Source of the DNA: Eledone cirrhosa
Taxonomy: Eukaryota
Length of the DNA stretch: 64,000 nt
Reading direction: 5' to 3'
Assembly (NCBI GenBank): GCA_964016885.1
Contig: OZ024743.1
Span: 302,126,001 to 302,190,000, forward strand
In this document: piece after piece, positions 26,737 through 40,494 of the stretch
How the letters are laid out: the number at the start of each line of letters is the position of its first letter
Position numbering within the stretch: position 1 is the stretch's first letter
Made by a program: the position numbers and the translations under genes
The notes under the pieces: model-generated
Databases searched by the model: none
The model's input: only the letters and a program-made list of their open reading frames with translations
What the model was told of the DNA's origin: nothing

Positions 26737-28998
26737 ATGTTGGACCTAGTGTTTAGTAACCACACTAACACTATACATAATATTACAGTGGAAATAAAAA
26801 CCTATCTCTCAGACCATGACATGGTTCATTGTAACCTGATATTCCACCAGCCGAAAGCTAATCCTAGGACCTCTCATTTGATAACATGCATCTCTATAAT
26901 GCCAACATGGATGCAATCATGAACGAGCTATCACATGTTGACTGGTCTTTAAACCCACTAATTTCCACCAACATCAGAACATCTTGACAGATCTGTATAG
27001 ACACTGTTACAAATATACGTGCATAACGCCTCTCCAAAACCTGTGAAAAATCTATATGCAGTACCCCCTCAAAACCAAAAAAACTATCATCAGAAAAATA
27101 AAAAAAGAACAAACAAAAAAATTAACACACTAAAATACTGCCAACAGCAACACACACGTTCGACGGCTATCGCACTACTTTATTCAAATAAATATAACCT
27201 CCAACAATGCATGAAGTTCATCAGCAATAACCAAAAAACAGCTGAAGAGAAATTGGTCATATATAAAATCAAACTCAACTCCAAAGTGCTCTTTTCATTT
27301 GCGAAAAAACACAAGGTCACTGTCTCCACCGCTGGCCCTCTAATTGATGTAAATGGGCCATCCAAGATAATGCCAAAACCATGTCTTTGTTGCAATAAAC
27401 GAAATTAAACACAGTTCAGCAGTAGGCCCCAATAGGTTCCCTGCTTGTGTCTTGAAGGTGTGTCGACAACAACTTGCATCTTCTCTTGCTAATATGTGGT
27501 GGAGATCACTGGATATTGGATATATTCCTGAAAACCTTCTGTCCCAGTTTTCAAAAAGCGAAACAAGTCTCTATCAGTGAACTACCCTCCAATCTCACTC
27601 CCCTCTCATATCATCATGATATTTGAGAGGGTGGTGAATTCACTAATAAACTACTTTCTTGAAAGCGACAGGCTGCTGAACTCCAACCAACATGAGTTCC
27701 GTAATGGATGGGACTGCCTAACGGAGCTGCTGCGTCACATTGATGACGTTTTGAGAGCTTTGGAAGAGGGCGTCTACACTGCTGTCATATACCTTGATTT
27801 CAGCAAGGCCTTTGACGGGGTTGTTCATTAGATACTATTGAAAACACTATCCAATATTGGTGTCTCTGGAAAGTTACTACAGTGTATCAAGTGTTTCCTG
27901 AGAGACGGAACCAAACATGTAATCGAAGGAGTAAAATCAAGCCCAGCCAAAGTCAGCAGTGGCGTCCCACAAGACACTCTGTTGGGCCACTTTCTTTTCA
28001 TCATCTACATTAATGACACTAGTGACATCATCAAGGACAGCAACATGAGAATCTTCGCAGATGATTCCAAGCTTCAAAGAGTCATCAGTGAGATGGGTGA
28101 CCGGACTTGCCTTCAGACATAGCTACTGGCAGAAAGGAACACTATGCTGCTGAATGAGGATAAGTTCGAGTTAATCCACTTTGAAAAAAGGATGCCCAGA
28201 AACTCTCTTCCTTCTGGTGAAACTCTCGCGGCATCCAACAACATCAAAAACATGTGAGTAATTGTGGACAACATAAGCGAGTCCACATATATAAACAAGA
28301 ATGTTGACATGGCCTGCAGCATGTGTTACTGGATTCTCAGAAACTTCCAGTCAATAAAATCCAAACTATTATCATTCTCTTGTCCACATTTGCCCGACCC
28401 CACCGTGAATATAGTTATTCACTGAGGTTTCCCCACATGAGACAAAGTATTATGAAAGTTGAAGCAGCCCAAAGGTGAATTGCAGAAAAGATAGATGGCA
28501 CAACAGGCCCTTGACTTTTGGCGTCGATTAAAAAAGCTCAACCTTTATTCTCTCCACCGTCGCCGCGAGCGCAACATTACATGCATGATGTGGAAAATAT
28601 TCCATCGGCATTGCCCATACGATTTTGGCATCACCTTTAATGTACACCCAAGGCTTGGGCCCCGTGCTATACGCCCACGTGAAGAATCACACTCGCATCT
28701 CATAAAAACAATAGGGCACAATTATTTCACCTCAATTGGCCCCACTCTCTGTAAGATTACACCAAACACATTAAAAGTGAAACCTACCTCATAAATTTAA
28801 GTGGTCTTTGGACAAAATCCTTCCTGACATCCCGGATAAATCTCTACACCCGGATATGTCTCTGTAAACAATAACTCTCTACTTGAGTGGGACATGGTGC
28901 CCAAATCCTGATTCAAAAGACTTCAGTGAGGTGGTGCTATTAAGTTAGACATGGCATGGGCCGTACCGGCCGAAATCTATCGAAGTTAATCAAAGTTA
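26737..28998 (+). mobile_element. CR1/L2-type LINE remnant (end of endonuclease + RT), 5' truncated
   Basis: LDLVFSN, YLSDHDMV, NYPPISL, YLDFSKAFDGVVH, SGVPQDTLLG, FADDSKL, LNLYSLHRRRER; many stops. Confidence 0.88.
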
Positions 28999-29052
28999 TA
29001 TATATATATAAATGTGAAACATGGCGTGCTTCGTTGTTGAGAGTGTGATACA

Positions 29053-29342
29053 TATGAATGAAAATAAACCGAGAAACGGGACTGTTCATCATCAGTCATC
29101 TGCTGACTATCATTGGTATTTCTTCGCCTTAAAGATCAGATACCTCTTTACGTTGCATTACTACTATGTTGTTTGTTCCTGTCCCTCTTTCTCCTTCGAA
29201 TTCGCTCTGTCCCAATAACTTATTTTAGTTATTTGCACGCAATGATTTTGAGGTATCTGATCTTTAATGCGAAGAAATACCGATGATATTCAGCAGATCA
29301 CTGATTATGGACAGTCACGTTTCTCGTTCTATGTTCATTTAT
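29053..29342. repeat. Fold-back/MITE-like inverted repeat, about 95-bp arms
   Basis: GGTATTTCTTCGCCTTAAAGATCAGATACCTC versus GAGGTATCTGATCTTTAATGCGAAGAAATACC. Confidence 0.75.
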
Positions 29343-29352
29343 ATATATATAT

Positions 29353-29580
29353 GAATGAGAAATGAAATTTCGTTTCATTCTTTTCCATTTGCGCCCGGCC
29401 GACTAATGGCAGGATGGTATACGATGCTGACGATAGCTAATAAGCTTGAAATTTCCTGTGTCAGTGTTGAACAAAAAGGCGACGATGGTTGCCTGAACAC
29501 TGTACGGCTTAATTCGGGCTGTTTGTTTGTTTTCAAACAAACAAACCGAACATTATAATAAATGTTCGTAAACCCATGCC

Positions 29581-29676
<96 letters not shown>

Positions 29677-30293
29677 CATGTATGTATATATATACATACT
29701 ACTGTACGTCTGTATATATATATATATATGTGTGCATGTATGTATATATATACATACTATTGTACGTCTGTATACACATTTAAGTATCAGCCGTACTAAG
29801 ATTGAGAAATGAAATTCCGTTTGATTCTTTTCCATTGATCGTTTTCGTTTCGATGCGCGCGGCCGATTAACTCACTCGATATGCAAATTAGTCTGCTCGG
29901 TTGTTAATATGCATGAGGAAAGTATATACTTTCAAACGTTCAATCATCTGGCAGGAAGGTATACGATGCTGACGATAGCTAATAAGCTTGAAACTAGTAC
30001 ATCCTTTATGTGTCAGTGTTGGACAAAGGGGCGGCGATGGTTGCCTGAACAATGTACGGCGTAGTTCGGGGTGTTTATTTGTTTACAAACAACCAAACCG
30101 AACATTATAATAAATGTTCGTAAACCATACGTACATATATATATATATATGTGTGCGCATGTATATATATATATATATACCTACTACTGTACGTCTCTGT
30201 ACATATATGTATGTACGTATGCATACATACTTACATTTAAGTATCAGCCGTACTAAGAGTGAGAAATGAATTTCGTTTCATTCTTTTCCATTC

Positions 30294-30295
<2 letters not shown>
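29353..30295 (+). mobile_element. ~450-bp tandem repeat (about 2.1 units) carrying a hammerhead ribozyme; retrozyme-like
   Basis: TGAGAAATGAA..TTCTTTTCCATT recurs at about 29357, 29803 and 30260; HHR at 29965-30003 and a damaged copy at 29423-29451; (TA)n flanks. Confidence 0.75.
29965..30003 (+). ncRNA. Type I hammerhead ribozyme
   Basis: GATG-CTGACGA-T-AGCT-AATA-AGCT-T-GAA-ACTAGT-A-CATC: stem I GATG/CATC, palindromic stem III, GUA site. Confidence 0.82.
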
Positions 30296-30364
<69 letters not shown>

Positions 30365-30815
30365 AATAAAAGGGAGTTGAGGTTCGATACAAAACAATGG
30401 ATTTAGAGAAAATATGAAGTTGGAAATAGCACGGGAGATATATTTAAAGGTCTCTTTTTCTCTTTTGTTTCGTCAAAGTGACATTATTGAAAAGATAGTG
30501 TTATTAAAATGATAATGTTATTAAAAAAAGAGAGGGACAATTCTTTTTTTTAAATGATTTTTATGAAATATTTAAAGTATATGAGAAAATTACCGGTTTT
30601 GATGTATTAAGATCTATGTTATCAAAATCAGTGAAAAAGGTTAATTAAAAAGAATTGGTAGGAGTAAAGAAAGGTTTAAAATTAAAATCAAAATCGAATG
30701 TTTCTTCCATCATGTTACCTGAAAAGTTGGGCGGGAATGAGAACAAGTTGTTTTGTTGATGTGAAAAATATATATAATATATAAATATATATATTATATA
30801 TATATGTATATTTAT

Positions 30816-30869
<54 letters not shown>

Positions 30870-30871
30870 TT

Positions 30872-31066
30872 ATAGGAACCAGTAAGACCCCGACAGCTGA
30901 GCTCAAGCCGTTTCGACGGCTAATTCTGGACTGAATTAGCCGTCGAAACGGCTTGAGCTCAGCTGTCGGGGTCTTACTGGTTCCTATTACCCACTCTACT
31001 ACCTCAAGTATTGAGTACTTTGGTGCGTTATGGTCCACCTGGTTCCTTACCACATTTCCTTCGTTA
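30872..31066 (+). mobile_element. PLE pseudo-LTR tail fragment with fold-back in (TA)n (further pieces at 31383-31464, 32190-32248 and 32304-32439)
   Basis: Same sequence family as 15692-15866 and 36763-36900. Confidence 0.75.
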
Positions 31067-31070
31067 TGTA

Positions 31071-31287
<217 letters not shown>

Positions 31288-31461
31288 ATATATATATATA
31301 TATGTATATACATATATATAAGTTATATATATATGTATATATATGTATGTATATGTTATATATATATATATATATATATAGCAACCAGTAAGACCCCGAC
31401 AGCTGAGCTCAAGCCGTTTCGACGGTTATGGTCCACCTGGTTCCTTACCACATTTCCTTCG

Positions 31462-31500
<39 letters not shown>

Positions 31501-31569
31501 ATATAAGTTATATATATATATGTATATATATAAGTTATCTATATGTTATATATATATATATATTTATAT

Positions 31570-32110
31570 ATAAAATATTAAACAAATAATGAATAAACAA
31601 TTCCTTATATTAAACAAAAAAAGTTCATTATTTAACGATCGTTTCTAGGATATATATGTGTTAGAGTTGGCATGCATATTCAACAGATCTATGTACAAAA
31701 TTATACAAAATTATACAAACTATCAAGATTAAATATACATACCAACACATATATACGCCGTCTTCAGAAATAATTTCTGAAGACGGCGTATATATGTGTT
31801 GGTATGTATATTTAATCTTGATAGTTTGTATAATTTTGTATAATTTTGTACATAGATCTGTTGAATATGCATGCCAACTCTAACACATATATATCCTAGA
31901 AACGATCGTTAAATAATGAACTTTTTTTGTTTAATATAAGGAATTGTTTATTCATTATTTGTTTAATATTTTATCTTGACTCTGTATACCGTTTATCTTT
32001 CACCGAAAGTGATTTTTCATTACATTTCTTCTTTCCATGATATCCGGAATACATTGAGTTCTTCATACGGATTGGACACTACCGTAAACTCTTGGTAGAT
32101 TTATCTACAT
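31570..32110 (+). mobile_element. About 200-bp-arm perfect palindrome (31570-31974) plus tail; hammerhead-containing, PLE-end-like
   Basis: Arms appear identical, centre near 31772; CTGAAGA at 31777 and GAAACGATCGTT at 31899. Confidence 0.7.
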
Positions 32111-32135
32111 ATATTTATATATATATATATATATG

Positions 32136-32187
<52 letters not shown>

Positions 32188-33884
32188 GTATATTGAGAAC
32201 TTTGGTGCGTAATGGTCCATCTGGTTCCTTACCACATTTCCTTCGTTATAGTTATATATATATATATATATATAGATATATATATATATATATATGTAAT
32301 TCCCAGAATTAGCCGTCGAAACGGCTTGAGCTCATCCGTCGGGGTCTTACTTGTTCCTATTACCCACTCTACTACCCTAAGTATTGAGTACTTTGGTGCG
32401 TTATGGTCCACCTGGTTCCTTACCACATTTCCTTCGTTATAAATATATATATATATATATGTGTGTGTGGGCTGATAGTGATTGAATTAAGGAATTGCAG
32501 AAACCCAAGAAGCTTGATTTACCATCCTTCTAGCGGGTCCGGTGAGTTTTTTACATTCATTTAATTTATTGATTTATTGATATTTTATTTGAGTGACCTG
32601 AATCTTCCTGGTCGTTCTTTTTCGGCTGTACGGGTGATTTTAGGCATTATCTCTATGTGTTGGTAATTTAACGATGGTTATAGCTCTGATTTATACAAAT
32701 TATTGAGCCCTCTGCCACACATATCGGATATTGTTTATCGTTAATTCGTAAGGTGTTTTTCCGATTCTCGATTATTCTACTATATATATATATATATAAC
32801 TTTCTTCTATGTCACATGATTGTGCTGAGTTGCTCCACCCTTTGACGTGTTTTGTTTTTCTGTGTGTGTATATATCTCTGTCAGAGTATGTATCTATACA
32901 TCTGTCAGTGAAGCTTTGTGAGGTAGCGTGTTTAGTCGCTGTTTAATCGTGAAACTTGTATTATTCCATTTGCATTCCCATTTCTGTGCCAACTTCCTTT
33001 CAAAGTATTTTCCCATTATACGTCCTTTTGGCTGTATTACATTACAGACAAGCAAGCAAGCAATTACGGAGATTTCATAGTATATAGATAATGATGTTTA
33101 CAGAAAACTGGCGGTTCGATTACCTTTGTAACTGTGGTTAATCCTGATTTAAGTCGGGATGTATATGTCTATTTATCTATCTGTCTATCTATCTGGAAGA
33201 GTGACAAAACCATATTAAACAAATATTTATTACACCACGCATATTAAGTATATGTTATATATATCAACAAATATGTAAACATTTTTCTAAGCATTTTCGT
33301 TAGGCAGGTATTGAGGTGTAAATAATTTTCTATTTGTGATTATGATATAAGACGCAGTGAAGTGGTGTTGACATTTTGCGTTCGGTCAAGCATAGGCTAT
33401 AACAGAGCATAGACCAAAGGTTCTCAACGGGGGATATGTGCAGCCCGGGGGCGTTTTAGAACACTGGGGGGGGGGGGGGGGGGCGTTTCAAGCTGGGGAA
33501 GGGGGCGCTGTAAGGCTCTTTACTTTGGTAAGTTTTATAAGCGATATTTGTATGTTTTTGAGACAGCCAGTTTGAATGCATTTGAATGAGCATGCAGACA
33601 GCATAACTATAGTTTGACCGCAGCTGTGTGCAGGTGTGCAGGCGTGTCTAGACATTAACTGTTAATTGAGATCCTAAAAATGGAAAAGCCCACAGTCACC
33701 TGGGTCAAGGACACTTTGAACGCAGCCAGTTATAAGCTTATCTTTCCTTCACCGATAACAATGTATTTCATGTCAGAAATTATTGACTCAACCGTAATGA
33801 GTTAACTAACACTATTTAGATCTATGTTATTTCCTATTGTATAAATAATATTACAAATAAAAAATAAAAAAAATAAAAACACAG

Positions 33885-34403
33885 AAGCGAGTAGCACACA
33901 CATGTATGACGACATACAACACATAATAAGATAATACAAACATCTAGGACCACATGCAACACACAGGTAGGTAATAAATACATCTAGGACCACATACAAC
34001 ACATAGGCAGGTAATATAAACATCTAGGACCACATACAACACATAATCAGGTAATACATACAGCTGGGACCACATGCAACACACAAGCAGGTAATACATA
34101 CAGCTAGGACCACATGAAATATATAAGCAGGTAATACATATATCTAGGACTGCATACAACACACAGGCAGGTAATACATACATCTAGGACCACATACAAC
34201 ACATAGGCAGGTAATACAAACATCTAGGACCACATACGACGCATAATCAGGTAATACACACATCTAGGACCATATACAACACAGAAGCAGGTAATACATA
34301 CAGCTGGGACCACATGCAATAGATAAGCAGGTAATACATATATCTTGGACTGCATACAACACACAGACAGGTAATACATACATCTAGGATCACATACAAC
34401 ACG
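33885..34403. repeat. 40-bp minisatellite inside the hAT element
   Basis: CATCTAGGACCACATACAACACATAGGCAGGTAATACATA-like unit, about 12 copies. Confidence 0.9.
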
Positions 34404-34409
34404 CATTAT

Positions 34410-35449
34410 ACCATGTGCTACGGACGGCGCAAGAGCAATGGTCGGCCAACATAAGAGTTTCGTCACTCTTCTGAATAGAGAAAATCTATCTGTATTTGCT
34501 GTTCATTGTGTCATTCATCGACAACACTTGGCTGCGAAGAAACTCAGGAAGCCGCTGAGCAAGTCCTTGCAGGTGGCCATTGATGTCATCAACTTATCAA
34601 ACGGCATTCCCTCAATGAACGAACTTTCCGGCAACTCTGCCAAGTTAATGAGGAAGTATTCGTCAAGTTTCTCCTTCATACTGAAATGAGGTGGCTTTCA
34701 AAGGGCAAGTGCTTTACTCACTTCTTTGAACTCTTCGTCTCTATCATTGAGTTTCTGTGAGAACGCAACATAGAGCTGTACAAGAAAACCCTCGATATGA
34801 GGCAAGACTGCGCCTACCTCACCAGCATCTTCGGCAAATGTAATAGCGTCATTTTGGCTTTTCAGGGGAAGATCACCTTGCTTAAAGTAAGGAATGCTGT
34901 GAAAACATTACTGGCCAAATTGAATGTCATCGAAAGGAATCTTTGTTGACGGGAATTCTATAATTTTCCTTGTGTCGCCAATGTTCAAAATATTGTAAGC
35001 GATGACCAACTTCAAATGTATACCACTCCGTGCGCTACAAGACAACATAAGAGGACGGTTTGTCGACCTTTTGCCGATGGACATCCAAATGTGGATAGCA
35101 GATCCCTTCAAGCTAAAGTCGACAATTTATCCAGGAAGAATTCATTGAACTTTAAGCTGATGACATGATCAAAATTAGATTTCCCAAAATAGGTGAAACC
35201 CTTTTTGGGATGCAAGAGGAAATTCAGCGTTGATTTCCACACCTACATGCAGAGGGTAAGAGATTTGCTCTGCCTATTCCAAGCTCATATTTAGTCGAGA
35301 GGAGGTTTGGTGCTGTTTCCAGACTGAACAGTAAGTCTCGCAACCGCTACAGTGTAATTATACGTGGAGATCTCTGGCTACATCTTAGGAAAATTGAGCT
35401 TCGCGTCAAAGAGTTAGCTAGACTCCATCAAGCTCAAGGGTCCCATTGA
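34410..35449 (+). pseudogene. hAT transposase C-terminal remnant
   Basis: CATDGARAMVG, HCVIHRQHLAAK, HTEMRWLSKG, PSSYLVERRFG, HQAQGSH-stop. Confidence 0.88.
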
Positions 35450-36678
35450 AATGAGATCAAATTTAAAGTAAGTTGATTTATCCGAAAACTTGGATATGCT
35501 GTTGTTACAAAGCAAACTAACATTTATTTTATTTCTAGTTGCAGTCAGACTGTACTGGAAACCATCTACTACAATTCACTTACTCATTTGTTGTATATAT
35601 TTTACCATTTACTAATAAATATACCCTCCTGCGTGGTCATGAAAACCTTTTTCAGTGGTCTCTAAGCTCACAAAGCAGAGGGGCATCAAGTTAGATATCA
35701 ACATTTATTCTGTCCGTTTCATTAAAGAGAAAATTGGAAAGCTTTGAAAATATATAATTGCCAATTTCTTACAGATAAGAGCACTCTTGGGATAGACAGA
35801 GTTGCTCTTGTATAAATGTTCAAAATAGCTGGTATCGCCTGGTGGGAATAACACAAATTCAACTGGTCCTTATTCATAAAAAAAAACATTTATGTTCCTT
35901 TTTTTTTAATTTATATATTTCCTTTCAAGGAATGTATTTATACTCTCAGCTGCTTGCAATGGTATCTTTGGAATATTGTTAATCATTTTTTTTAGTAATC
36001 TACTGATATAAAAATCAGTAGTATATTCAAAGATGGAAAAATAGGGTAGGGGGGAGGCCTTTCGTGATTTCAAGGGACAAAAGAGGGCGTTTGACCTAAA
36101 TGGGTTGAACACCTGTGGCATAGACTATAACGCTGACAATTTATGTGGAGTGGCTTTTCAGCTACTATAGTGGTAGAAGGAGGTGAATTAGATCAGTATA
36201 CTAAAGGAGCTATCATGTGCATTTTTATGTTAATCGCTCTGGTTCCTAAATGGGTTGTAAAACTTTTGGTTAATCTATATTTCATCAATTAGCTCTAAGC
36301 GTTGACTGCGTAAATTATACATCGATCACAATCCCGTTAGTGGCAATAATTCTATTACCTATATTCATTTAAATATGGTGGGTTTCAGGGGAAGGTGTAG
36401 TGTGTTTAAACTATATCGTGTGACGATAGGTGTGATCATGTTCCCAAACGATTTATAAATATAGTCGGTTCAACCGTCAATGCCAAGTGCACGTTTTTAT
36501 GGTCCCATGCCAGAAGTATGCGTGGGAAAATATGAACAATACATAGAATGGAAGCGATCTATAATCAGATGTTTAAGGGACTTTGTTCGGGAAACGGAAA
36601 GCATGCAGGTTAAGGGACAGATAAAATAATGAATCTGTGCATCAACATAAAAGGGCTTCCGACGTGAAGTGATACATG

Positions 36679-36762
<84 letters not shown>

Positions 36763-36765
<3 letters not shown>

Positions 36766-39700
36766 CAAAGGAATTGTGGTAACGAACCAGATGGACTATA
36801 ACGCACCAGAGTAGTCAATACTTAGGGTAGTAGAGTGGGAAATAGGAAAAGGTATGACCCCAACGGCAGAGCTCAACACGTATCGACGGCTATTTCTGGA
36901 CTAAATTAGAATCTTTAGTCTGGTGAATAAATAGCCGAACTTGTCAATGGGGTACTTCCTTATATAGGAAGATTGTAGTTGTCAAGAGGATTGGTTACAA
37001 TTTGTTGTAAATACAAATAAGTCTATCATGGCATTTGGTGGGAGGAAGGGGTAGCTGAACTTGCCTGTAGAACAATAGGGGTGTGAGTGGAGCGGTCAAG
37101 CGTTGAAAGTGATATGTATACAGCAGATTCTAAAGATAGTGTATGAAGTGAAGGAGGGAGGTTATAGAACAGGTAAATCGAATGAGAGTAGGAGAATATA
37201 AAAGATAATAGAAAAAATAAAAATATATATTGTGAGAAATGAATAAAAAATATCACAATGCTATCTTACAATTACAGGTTAATAAGTTGAGAATAGAAAA
37301 AAAAAACTTGTAGAAATTGAGTAGTACCAGAACTGATACAAAATTAAAGGGGTTTAACACGTCTGCTATAAGTAGTTAGTAAAACATATTCGGCCAATTC
37401 TATCTTAAAATTACAGGGGTGGGGGAACTGATGCTACAGAGGCCCGATGGGCTGCATCGGGTAGGCGAAAGGGGAAAAGCAGACGAGGAAAAAAATGGGA
37501 GTGGTAGGAAGTGATAGGATGAGACAGGGGGAAGAAGAAGACACAGAGGAAAAGAAAAGAAAAGAGATACATCTACCTAAGTAAGCTGGGGTTTCCCCTA
37601 ACTTATTTGGCAAGTGTGGGGGGGGGGGTGTATCATACGTTATCTACCAACCCGGGTCATTATGAGGTTTGAGGGCGAGGTAAGTCCTACGCAATCTGTG
37701 TTTGCATGCGGTTACCAGATCGTCTTTTTTGTTTAGGAGTTGGCCCTTTGAAAACAGCATTTGCAATGTTTCCTCCGAGCATAAGTTACACGGACGGCGT
37801 CCTCCAGTCTAAGAGTTAGCTCTGGACAGTAAGCTCCAAGTGAGATTGTAGGTTATATTATTATGTTGGAGGTCCCAGATTGGCACGAAAGTTTAGTGGC
37901 ATGTCGCCGCACCGGGTTTCGGAAAGTATGTCGGTGTTGGTAGAGCCGTGTCTTGAAGTCACACGCGGTTAATCCTATATAAGCTTTGTTGGAGGTGTCC
38001 ATCCTCACGTTGCACTGATAGATAACGTTACGTTCTCGGCATTTGTTGTTGAGGGGGCACGTAGATATATCAGGGCAGTTACATCTCCTGGTCGGCTCTC
38101 CACTGATGTCTAGGTTATTTCTACCATATGGGTTGAGTTTTTGTTGTTTGAGGAGACGATACTTTGTGCGAAGTTGGGTGTGGTGCTGTAAAAGAGTTTG
38201 ATGGTGTTTTTGTTGATTATGGTGTGGTAGTGGGAAGTGTTTTTCGAGGAGTCTTAAGAAGATTTTTCCCGATAGGTGTTGCCACCTCGGCATTATGGGG
38301 AGGATTGAACCAATTACGTTGCGTTAGCGGCGGTGTCGCCTGCTGGTTCCGCTAAGGGAAGCTGGATAAAAGGATATTTCCTCCCGGAAGCCACTCCGCT
38401 TGACGGCCTGGTTGTAATGAGGCGCGTGTTCGTCGAATATCTGCTCATTAGCGGACAAAGGAAATATGCGGAGGGAGATGTTTTTAACCAGATTATTGGT
38501 GATGTTTCTAGGATGGTTAGAGTGGCGGTGGATGTAGTGCAGGTTGTCGTTTGGTTTCCTGTATGGGTAGTACAGATCATTTTCGGAGTTAAGGGTAACA
38601 TTCAGGAAATTGACTCGGGTTAGGGGCGTTTGTATGGTAATTTTAAATCCCCAGTCTCGGAAGAAGTTGATTATTTTTTTACGGACAAGGTCCGTACTAC
38701 TGGGGTTGTACCCTTTGAGGGTGAGTAGCCAATCATCCCGGTACAGTTCACCGCCGAATGCAGGAAATATTTCGGTGAGTTTAAATAGTAGGAATATTCC
38801 TATAAGATCTGTGATCTCAGCAGATTCCCTCGCGTCAATACTGACGCCGAAAGGGGAATCGGGATCTCTCTTTATCCACTTGGAGTTGTCGAAATGTAGG
38901 ACTGTCTTCCTGGCGTGGAGAAGGATATTTCTTTCCTGGTCAATGATGGGTGTGAGTGTTTTGGCAAAGTACAAGGCGGCCGTAAGGAGCTGTAAAGTAA
39001 TAGATGCATAGTAACTCTCTATGTGTAACTGCCCTGATAGATCTACGTGCCCCCTCAACAAAAAATGCCGAGAATGTAACGGGATCTACAAGTGCAACGT
39101 GAGGACAGACATCTCCAACAAAGCTTATACAGGATTAACCGCGTGTGACTTCAAGACTCAGCTCTACCAACACCGACATACTTTCCGAAACCCGATACGG
39201 CGACATACCATTAAACTTTGGGGCCACATCTGGGACCTCCATGATAATATAATCTACAATCTCACTTGGAGCTTACTGTCCAGAGCTAACTCTTAGAGGA
39301 GAGGACGCCGTCCGTGTCACTTATGCTCGGAGGAAACATTACAAATGCCATTTTCGAAGGACCAACTCCTAAACAAGAAATACGATCTGGTAACTGCATG
39401 CAAACACAGATTGCGTAGGACTTACCTCGCCCTCAAACCCCATAACTACGCGGGTGAGTAGACAAGGGTTGATACCCCCCACTTGCCGAATAAGTTACGG
39501 GAAACCCCAGCTTACTTAGGTAGATGTATCTCTTTTATTTTCTTTTCTTATTTGTCTTCTTCTTCCCCTGTCTCATCCTATCACTTCCTTCCACCCCTAT
39601 TTTCTACCTGTCTGCTTTTCCCCTTTAGCCTATCCCGATGCAGCCCATCGAGCCTCTGTAGCATCAGTTCCCCCACCCCTCTAATTTGAAGATAGAATTG

Positions 39701-40200
39701 GCCGAAAAGGTTTTAATAACTACTTGTAGCAGGCTGTTAAACCCCTTTAATTTTGTATCAGTTCTGGTACTACTCAATTTCTACAAGTTTTTTCTATTCT
39801 CAACTTATTAACCTGTAATTGTAAGATAGCATTGTGATTTTTTAAATTCATTTCTCACTATATATATATTTTTTTATATTATATTTTATTGTCTCCTATT
39901 CTCATTCGATCTACTTATTCTATAACCTCCGTCCTCCACTTCATACACTATCCTTAGAATCTGCTGTATAGATATCACTTTCAACCCTTGACCGCTCCAC
40001 TCACACCCCATATTGTTCTACAGGCAAGTTCAGCCACCCCTACCTCCCACCAAATGCCATGATAGACTTATTTGTGTTTCCAACAAATTTTTACCAAACC
40101 TCTTGACAACTACAATCTTCCCATATAAGGAAGTGCCCCCTTGACAAGTTCGGCTATTTATTCACCAGGCTAAACATTCTAATTTAGTCCAGAAATAGCT
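36763..40200 (-). mobile_element. Penelope-like element A (Naiad-like), 5' truncated with about 1.2-kb inverted duplication
   Basis: RT fragment 38324-39015 (ELYRDD, VNFLNVTL, YIHRHSNHP) and GIY-YIG (CNCPDISTCPLNNKC..VIYQ..YIGLT) on minus; inverted GIY-YIG plus 3' region at 39021-40200 mirrors 36890-38080. Confidence 0.9.
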
Positions 40201-40370
40201 GGAGATTCGTCTATTTACCTCAGGGTCATCACACAAGTACTAACGTTTCCACACAGAGAGTATAAATAAAGGAAGGCTAAACGTGCCCACCTCGTGCCAT
40301 CCTTTATATGTTATTGTGTCTGCTGTTTGAAGCGTTAATGTGTGTATGTATATATATCTTTATATGTGTG

Positions 40371-40412
<42 letters not shown>

Positions 40413-40494
40413 TATACTCCTGTCCAATAAACTCTTGAGTGCTACTTATCCGATATTTGCATAGCTTTATTGTGCTACAATAAAACTGACCTCC

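Larger units (their letters stand above)
33415..36117 (+). mobile_element. hAT (Buster/Charlie-like) DNA transposon, degenerate
   Basis: TIRs CAAAGGTTCTCAAC / CACAGGTGTTCAAC; 8-bp TSD GCATAGAC (33407-33414 and 36118-36125) with central TA. Confidence 0.88.
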
